From Gemmatimonadaceae bacterium (lineage in GTDB: Bacteria > Gemmatimonadota > Gemmatimonadetes > Gemmatimonadales > Gemmatimonadaceae), in the NCBI GenBank assembly GCA_051859245.1, contig JBHYGA010000001.1:800001-864000 (forward strand): a stretch of DNA of 64,000 bases, written 5' to 3'. Below the pieces are notes generated by a model that was not told where the DNA came from, searched no databases, and worked only from the letters and a program-made list of their open reading frames with translations. Within the stretch, counting starts at the first letter, position 1. Each line of letters begins with the position of its first letter. Below are positions 57,939-64,000 of the stretch, piece by piece. The translations under genes and the position numbers were made by a program.

Positions 57939-59711
57939 GTGCAACTCACGTCACTCGACTGGATCATCGTTGTATTGTCGCTGGTGGTCTCGTTCATCCC
58001 GGCACTACTGCTCGCAAAGCGCGCCGGAAAGAGCAGCTCAGAATTCTTCAGCTCGGGTCAGTCGGCACCGTGGTGGCTGATTGGCGTGTCGATGGTCGCG
58101 ACAACGTTCAGCACTGATACGCCCAATCTCGTCACGGATCTCGTGCGCGGTGGGGGCATTGCCGCGAACTGGGCGTGGTGGAGTTTCCTGCTCACGGGTA
58201 TGGCCACGGTGTTTTTCTACGCACGGCTGTGGCGCCGCTCCGGTGTTCTCACCGACCTTGAGTTTTACGAAGTGCGCTATTCCGGCAAACCGGCGCGCGC
58301 GGTGCGTGCGTTTCGCGCGGTGTATCTCGGGCTGTTCTTCAACTGCGTGATCATGGCCACGGTGAATCTGGCAGCCGTGAAAATCGCCAACGTGTTGCTG
58401 GGTTGGCCCATGGGACAAACGCTGCTCGTGTGCGCGCTGCTCAATGTGGCGTTTGCCGCCACCAGTGGTTTGTGGGGTGTCATGGTCACCGACTTCATTC
58501 AGTTCGGCATCGCCATGGGCGGCTCGGTTGCTGCCGCAGTGTACGCGCTGCGCCGACCGGAAGTGGGCGGACTCGATGGACTCGTGCAAAAGCTCGATCC
58601 ATCGGTGTTGTCACTTGTGCCTGATTTCAATGACTGGAACCTTGCGCTCACGGTGATGATCATACCGCTCACCGTGCAGTGGTGGTCAGTGTGGTATCCG
58701 GGCGCAGAGCCAGGTGGTGGCAGCTACATCGCGCAGCGCATGCTCGCGGCCCGCTCCGAGCGTGATGCGCTTGGTGGTACGCTGCTTTTCAATGTGGCGC
58801 ACTACGCGCTCCGCACGTGGCCGTGGATCATTGTCGCGTTGGCGTCAATGCTCGTGTATCCAACCGTGGCCGACATCGGCGTCGCGCTGCCACACGTCGA
58901 TCCGAAGCTCATTGGCAACGACATGGCGTACCCCGCCATGTTGCGATTCTTGCCAGCCGGAATGCTCGGCTTGATGGTGGCTGGATTGCTGAGCGCATAC
59001 GTGTCCACCATTTCGACGCATCTCAACTGGGGCACGTCGTACCTGGTGCACGATGTGTACCGGCGCTTCCTCCGCCCCACCGAGAGTGAATCGCACTACG
59101 TACAGATGGGTCGCATCTGCACGGCGCTGCTCATGGTGGTGGCCGCGCTGCTCACGTACGTGCTCGACACGGCCAAGCAGAGTTTCGATTTGCTGCTGGC
59201 GATCGGCGCAGGAACGGGACTGCTGTATCTGCTGCGATGGTTCTGGTGGCGCATTACCGCGTGGAGCGAAATTGCGGCCATGGGCAGTTCATTTGTGATT
59301 GCCGTGGCCCTCGCCGTCGCGCAAAAGAACGGCGCGAATATTCCGTCGTCCATCGCATTGATTGCGTCTGTCGCTTTCACATCAATTGTGTGGATTGCGG
59401 TGGCGTATCTTGGTCCGCGAACGGATCGCGCCACCTTGTTGAGTTTTTATCGGCTGGTGCGCCCAGCCGGACCAGGCTGGCGTGACATTCGCGCCGAGGC
59501 TGGCGTGGCGGCCGCGCCAGACTCCCTGCCGCAGGCGATGCTGGCATGGATGCTCGGTTTGGCGTTCGTGTACAGTGCGATGTTCGGCGTTGGCTCGTTC
59601 CTGTTCGGCAACAATACCAATGCGATGCTGTTTGGCGTCGTCGCGGTGTGCTCCTGTGCGGCGTTGGTGCGCGTGATTCCGCGACTCTGGCCCGGCGCGA
59701 AGGCCGCGTAG
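57939..59711 (+). CDS. Sodium:solute symporter
   Basis: About 14 TM, SMVATTFSTDTP, GLWGVMVTD, YIAQRMLAA. Confidence 0.93.
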   Translation: MQLTSLDWIIVVLSLVVSFIPALLLAKRAGKSSSEFFSSGQSAPWWLIGVSMVATTFSTDTPNLVTDLVRGGGIAANWAWWSFLLTGMATVFFYARLWRRSGVLTDLEFYEVRYSGKPARAVRAFRAVYLGLFFNCVIMATVNLAAVKIANVLLGWPMGQTLLVCALLNVAFAATSGLWGVMVTDFIQFGIAMGGSVAAAVYALRRPEVGGLDGLVQKLDPSVLSLVPDFNDWNLALTVMIIPLTVQWWSVWYPGAEPGGGSYIAQRMLAARSERDALGGTLLFNVAHYALRTWPWIIVALASMLVYPTVADIGVALPHVDPKLIGNDMAYPAMLRFLPAGMLGLMVAGLLSAYVSTISTHLNWGTSYLVHDVYRRFLRPTESESHYVQMGRICTALLMVVAALLTYVLDTAKQSFDLLLAIGAGTGLLYLLRWFWWRITAWSEIAAMGSSFVIAVALAVAQKNGANIPSSIALIASVAFTSIVWIAVAYLGPRTDRATLLSFYRLVRPAGPGWRDIRAEAGVAAAPDSLPQAMLAWMLGLAFVYSAMFGVGSFLFGNNTNAMLFGVVAVCSCAALVRVIPRLWPGAKAA

Positions 59712-59712
59712 T

Positions 59713-60522
59713 GTGATTACCACCGCGGCGATTCTGGCACGCGGCCTTGGCTCGCGTATGAAGCGCGCAAGCGAGGCCGCGGTGCTGGACGCCGTGCAGC
59801 GTGAACGCGCCGATGCTGGGATCAAGGGCATGATCCCGATCGATCGGCCGTTTCTCGACTACGTGATCACGTCGTTGGCAGACGCGGGCATGACCGATGT
59901 GGTGTTGGTCATCGCACCCGGCCCCAACGTTATTCGCGACTACTTCGAACACGACGCACCACCCAGGCGTGTGCGCGTGCGGTTCGCAGTACAAGCGGAA
60001 CCACTGGGAACAGCCGATGCCGTGGTCGCGGCCGCGCGTGAAATTGGAACGCGACCGTTTCTGGTGTTGAATGCAGACAACCATTATCCCACATCGGCAA
60101 TCCGTGCATTGGCATTCGCTGACACGGCCGGTGTGGTGGCGTTTGACCGTGATGCGCTGCTTGCGGATGGCGCGATCGATGCTGAACGCATCAGGCAGTT
60201 TGCCGTGCTGCGTGTGGCCCCGGATCACACCCTGCTCGATGTGGTGGAAAAGCCGGGTGACACACTCGATGTTCGCGGCGAGGCCGCACGTTGGGTTGGC
60301 ATGAACTTGTGGGCGATCACCCCTGCGTTAGTTGATGCCTGCGCGCGCGTACCGCGTTCGTCGCGCGGAGAGTACGAGCTGCCGCAGGCCATCCGACTGT
60401 CGCTCAGCGAAGGTGTGGTGGTGCGAGTGGTGGAGAGCACGGCAGCCGTGCTTGATCTGTCGCACCGGCATGACATAGCGAACGTGACGGCACGGCTGCG
60501 CGGCCTGTTGGTGCACACTTGA
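59713..60522 (+). CDS. Sugar nucleotidyltransferase family protein
   Basis: ILARGLGSRMK, PLGTADAV, VEKP, RGEYEL. Confidence 0.88.
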   Translation: MITTAAILARGLGSRMKRASEAAVLDAVQRERADAGIKGMIPIDRPFLDYVITSLADAGMTDVVLVIAPGPNVIRDYFEHDAPPRRVRVRFAVQAEPLGTADAVVAAAREIGTRPFLVLNADNHYPTSAIRALAFADTAGVVAFDRDALLADGAIDAERIRQFAVLRVAPDHTLLDVVEKPGDTLDVRGEAARWVGMNLWAITPALVDACARVPRSSRGEYELPQAIRLSLSEGVVVRVVESTAAVLDLSHRHDIANVTARLRGLLVHT

Positions 60523-60550
60523 CGATACGGGACCTTCCGGTGCGCGCGCA

Positions 60551-61909
60551 GTGAGTGCCGAGCCGCAGGATTTCAGCGCTGCACTTGAGCGTGAAGGCAT
60601 GCCGCCGGACGCGATCGCGCGCTACACCACACAGCACGACGCCGCGCACCGCGCCCTCGACGCGGAAGGTGTGCCGCGCGGGCTCCGTCGACGTTGGGTT
60701 GTTCCTGGTCGCATTGAAGTGCTTGGCAAGCACACGGACTATTCCGGTGGTCGTTCCATGTTGTGCACGGTGGAGCGTGGACTGGTGTTGGTGGCCGCGC
60801 CACGCAGCGATCGCACGCTGCATGTGCTGGATGCCGTGCGTCAGGGCCGCGTGCAGATCGACCTCACGACCGCCGCTGGATTGCGCAGCGCGCGCGGTTG
60901 GCCGTTGTATCCAACGACCGTGGCGCGTCGATTAGTTCGCAATTTCGGCGAAGCGGTGGGCGGTGCACACATCGCGATGGCCAGCGGGCTTCCTTCGGCG
61001 GCGGGCATGTCGAGCTCCAGCGCCCTCACCGTTGGTCTCGCCATGGCACTCGCGGAATGTGGCGGCCTCGCGGCGTCCGATGCGTGGAACAGCGCGCTGC
61101 CCACGCGCCTCGAGCTCGCCGGATATCTCGGTGCACTCGAGAATGGTTTGCGATACAAGTCGCTGGACGGCGACACCGGTGTGGGTACCATGGGCGGCGC
61201 GCAGGATCACACCGCGATTCTGTGCAGCGCACGCGAGAAGCTCGGTGTGTTTGCGTGGGCACCACCACGGTTTGAGCGATGGGTGGATTGGAATCACGCG
61301 CATGTGTTTGCCATCGCGGTGAGTGGCGTGGTCGCCTCAAAGGCGGGCGCCGTGCGCGGACAATACAATCGTACGGCGCGTACCGTCGCTCACCTGTTGC
61401 GTACCTGGAATCTGCGCACGCATCGGCGTGACGCCACACTCGGTGAAGCCATGCGCAGCAGCGAGCAGGCCTACGATCGGCTGCATGAACTTGTCGGCCC
61501 TGATGCGACTGCAGAGTTTAGCGCCGATCATCTGCGTTCACGGCTCACCCAGTTTCGCGAAGAGACGGATGATTATGTGCCGCAAGCCGCAGCTGCATTG
61601 GCGTCTGGTGATCTCAACGCCTTCGGACAGTGTGTCATGCGTTCACAAGCCGCGGCTGAGCGAGCGCTGGAAAATCAGGTGCCGGAAACGCGGATGCTCG
61701 CGCGCTCAGCGGTGGAGCAGGGTGCGATTGCCTCGTCTGCATTCGGCGCGGGATTTGGTGGCAGCGTTTGGGCCATGATTCCGGCTGTTGATGCCGACGC
61801 GTTTATCGCACGGTGGCGCGCGGAATACAATGCGGCGTCTCCGGCGATCGCGGCGCGGGCGTCGTGGTTCACCACGCGCCCTGCTGCGCCCGCCATGGAG
61901 ATTGTATAA
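60551..61909 (+). CDS. Galactokinase-like GHMP sugar kinase
   Basis: PGRIEVLGKHTDY, PSAAGMSSSSA, GAGFGG. Confidence 0.88.
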   Translation: MSAEPQDFSAALEREGMPPDAIARYTTQHDAAHRALDAEGVPRGLRRRWVVPGRIEVLGKHTDYSGGRSMLCTVERGLVLVAAPRSDRTLHVLDAVRQGRVQIDLTTAAGLRSARGWPLYPTTVARRLVRNFGEAVGGAHIAMASGLPSAAGMSSSSALTVGLAMALAECGGLAASDAWNSALPTRLELAGYLGALENGLRYKSLDGDTGVGTMGGAQDHTAILCSAREKLGVFAWAPPRFERWVDWNHAHVFAIAVSGVVASKAGAVRGQYNRTARTVAHLLRTWNLRTHRRDATLGEAMRSSEQAYDRLHELVGPDATAEFSADHLRSRLTQFREETDDYVPQAAAALASGDLNAFGQCVMRSQAAAERALENQVPETRMLARSAVEQGAIASSAFGAGFGGSVWAMIPAVDADAFIARWRAEYNAASPAIAARASWFTTRPAAPAMEIV

Positions 61910-61913
61910 CGCG

Positions 61914-63155
61914 TTAGGCGGAAAGTGCGAGCACGATCGAAAGTGCTCGGCTCAGTCCGCGTGCGCCGCGCTGATTCTCGTACCACTCGTCGGGTGTGTG
62001 CGCACCGCCACCTCGGCCACCGGCGCCGATGGTCACGGCGGGAATACCGCGTGAGAGCGGAATATTCGCATCGGTGCTCGCGATCGCTCCGAGTGGCTCA
62101 CTTCCACTGGAACGTGTTGCCGCCATGGCCAGCGCGACCACCGGATGATCGGCGTCAAGATGTCCAGCGGGACGTTCACCCAGCAACTCAATGTCCGCAG
62201 TTAACGGATCACACCCGGCCAGATGATTCTCTTCGACGAGTGCCTGTCGCACGAGCGCGCGGAGTTGTCGATCCGCGTTGCTGAGCGATGACGCATCGGC
62301 CGCACGCACATCGACCTCCATCCACGCGTGCGCGGCGATGGACGTGAGTGACTCACCGCCGCCAATGCGTCCGACGGAGACTGCAACCTGCCCCCGATAC
62401 TCTCTTGGAAGTTTGGATAACCAGTGCGCCACGTGACCGGCGGCGTGCACCGCGTTTGGGCGACCAAAGTCAGCCCACGAATGACCGCCCGCACCGCTGA
62501 ACGTGATACGGAACCGTTTGGAACCGAGCGCGTGATGCACCACACGTTCGTCGCCCGGTCCGTCGAGTGCGAGCACCGCGTGCGGTATCACGCCGTTCTG
62601 CGCGAGGTCGTCAAAATACCGGCGCGCGCCACGGAGATTGCCGAGTCCTTCTTCTCCTACTGACGCCACAAACTCAATGGGCCGGGAGAGCTCGATCGCA
62701 TCACCATCGAGCCCCGGAACACCAAGCACGTCGGCCAGTGCCAGCATGCCGGCCAATCCACGTGCGTTGTCGCCGATCCCCGGGCAGATAATGCGCGTGC
62801 CCTCATGCCGCGGAATGAGCGACGTGTCGGCGGCGAATACCGTATCCATGTGTGCCATGCACACCACCGGTGCCGCGTTGGGTGATTGACATGGTCGACG
62901 CGCGATCACGTTGCCAACGTCGTCGGTATGCACCGAGGTGAACCCACGCAGGCGAAACGCGTCGAGTACCAGAGCGGCACGACGCGCTTCGCCACCGGTA
63001 GGAGCGGCCAGCTGCGCAAAGCGGAGCTGCGTGTGCACGGTCGCCGCGTCCCGCGCGCGGAGTGCGTTGGCGAGCGGGACAAGTATCGGTTCCAGCTGCT
63101 TCAGCTGGCGATCCGCTTTGGCCGCGACCGATGGGATTGAGCGAAGGAACGGCAT
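61914..63155 (-). CDS. M20/M25/M40 family metallo-hydrolase
   Basis: AHMDTV, GIGDNARG, GEEG, GGHSW, HTPDE. Start 63155 (ATG) or 63200. Confidence 0.9.
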   Translation of the reverse strand: MPFLRSIPSVAAKADRQLKQLEPILVPLANALRARDAATVHTQLRFAQLAAPTGGEARRAALVLDAFRLRGFTSVHTDDVGNVIARRPCQSPNAAPVVCMAHMDTVFAADTSLIPRHEGTRIICPGIGDNARGLAGMLALADVLGVPGLDGDAIELSRPIEFVASVGEEGLGNLRGARRYFDDLAQNGVIPHAVLALDGPGDERVVHHALGSKRFRITFSGAGGHSWADFGRPNAVHAAGHVAHWLSKLPREYRGQVAVSVGRIGGGESLTSIAAHAWMEVDVRAADASSLSNADRQLRALVRQALVEENHLAGCDPLTADIELLGERPAGHLDADHPVVALAMAATRSSGSEPLGAIASTDANIPLSRGIPAVTIGAGGRGGGAHTPDEWYENQRGARGLSRALSIVLALSA

Positions 63156-63225
63156 GGTGACACGCTGTGCCCGAACACGCCCGGACGCAAGTTGGGACAA
63201 GCCGCTGGACGAACGGCTTCCAGTG

Positions 63226-63240
63226 TGGCACTCTCCCTGC
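63226..63240 (+). promoter_or_regulatory. Sigma54-like promoter
   Basis: TGGCAC-TCTCC-CTGC at exact spacing, about 65 nt upstream of ATG 63307. Confidence 0.55.
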
Positions 63241-63306
63241 GTGCGGCCGCGCTCGCCTCGATCCGTCCGGACCCGAGGCAGTGCCGTGGTGCGCCAGACC
63301 CAACTT

Positions 63307-64000
63307 ATGTCGAGTCTTCGCGTTCGATTGCTGCTGCTCGTAGCCGTGGTGCTGGTTCCGTCGTTTGTGCTGCTCGTGGTGTTTCTGTCGCGCGAGCGCC
63401 AGACGCGCGTCGAGGCCGCGCAGGCGACCGCCGTGCAGCTCGTGGATATTGCCGTTCGACAGCACCAAGAAGCGATTGAAGACGGTCAGCGCATCCTGAC
63501 CGGAATCAGTCTGCTGCCGCAGATTCGCACGGGTGACAGCGAAGCGTGTCAGCGCACGCTGCTTTCCATCGGACGTATGGTGGAGGAGGGCTGGTCCATT
63601 ACACGCACTCGTGCAGATGGCGTGCAGGACTGCGCTACGCGCGACGTGGGGAACCTTCCGAGAGACGTCGCCGACAGTCCTCGATATTTGCAGCTGCGCG
63701 AGCTGCAGGCACCGACGATTGGTGGATTTATGCGGGCCACCGGCACCAACGAGCTGTTGTTGCCCGTGAATGTGCCCATGATCTCCGAGACCGGCGCGTT
63801 TGACGGGGCTCTGTCTGCAGGTCTGCGCGTGCGCTGGTTTGACAAGCTTGTCACCACCATGTCGGAGACGCCAGGTGCGGTGCTCTCGATCACGGATGCA
63901 ACGGGCGAGATGTTTTTTCGTGCGCCCGCGGCGCCGCCGAATGCAAACACGGAAAGCATGGTCGGCATCGCCGCCACGATGCGAGCGCAGGGCAAAGGTG
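63307..64000 (+). CDS. Membrane sensor with Cache-like periplasmic domain (3'-truncated; not in the ORF track)
   Basis: Translated by hand: MSSLRVRLLLLVAVVLVPSFVLL TM, then ...DSEACQ...DGVQDC...LLPVNVPM..GAFDGAL... No stop codon before the window end. Output domain not visible. Confidence 0.8.
   Translation, partial: MSSLRVRLLLLVAVVLVPSFVLLVVFLSRERQTRVEAAQATAVQLVDIAVRQHQEAIEDGQRILTGISLLPQIRTGDSEACQRTLLSIGRMVEEGWSITRTRADGVQDCATRDVGNLPRDVADSPRYLQLRELQAPTIGGFMRATGTNELLLPVNVPMISETGAFDGALSAGLRVRWFDKLVTTMSETPGAVLSITDATGEMFFRAPAAPPNANTESMVGIAATMRAQGKG

Noticed and set aside
1..64000. CRISPR arrays, tRNA/rRNA genes, transposases, known defence systems
   Set aside because: No regularly spaced repeats or recognisable motifs were seen by eye. 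The STAND protein has a wHTH-BTAD N-terminus typical of regulators rather than an Avs-type effector. A covariance-model scan was not possible.

Overview
High-GC bacterial chromosomal segment. Gene content and order suggest Gemmatimonadota (Gemmatimonas-like); this is an inference and no search was run. Most of it is core genome: a type I secretion-like ABC/HlyD/TolC operon, arfB, a type IVa pilus locus (pilS-pilR, sigma54-driven pilA, a second kinase, three minor pilins, pilMNOPQ, a large lipoprotein), aroC-aroK-smg-topA-trmFO-xerC-(usp)-hslVU-argF-bcp, gcvT, a split ATP synthase operon (F0 plus delta only) with a Rex-like operator, an M1 peptidase, a PEP-CTERM protein, and a GH109/SSS/nucleotidyltransferase/GHMP-kinase sugar-salvage cluster. 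The best candidate for an undescribed system lies at about 40.3-46.3 kb. It has a two-domain hypothetical protein, a terminator, a structured leader, a 23-aa ORF missing from the ORF track (MEFMAQLVSAMWSFVLADAKTWS, perfect Shine-Dalgarno), a multi-TM HD-GYP phosphodiesterase and a convergent BTAD/STAND regulator. The peptide, the HD-GYP gene and the regulator's C-terminal two-thirds sit in a compositionally foreign, CTAG-rich patch, as expected for an exchangeable peptide-receptor cassette controlling cyclic-dinucleotide levels. Two further candidate structured RNAs were seen, between bcp and gcvT and between atpB and atpE. No rRNA, tRNA, CRISPR array or transposase was recognised.
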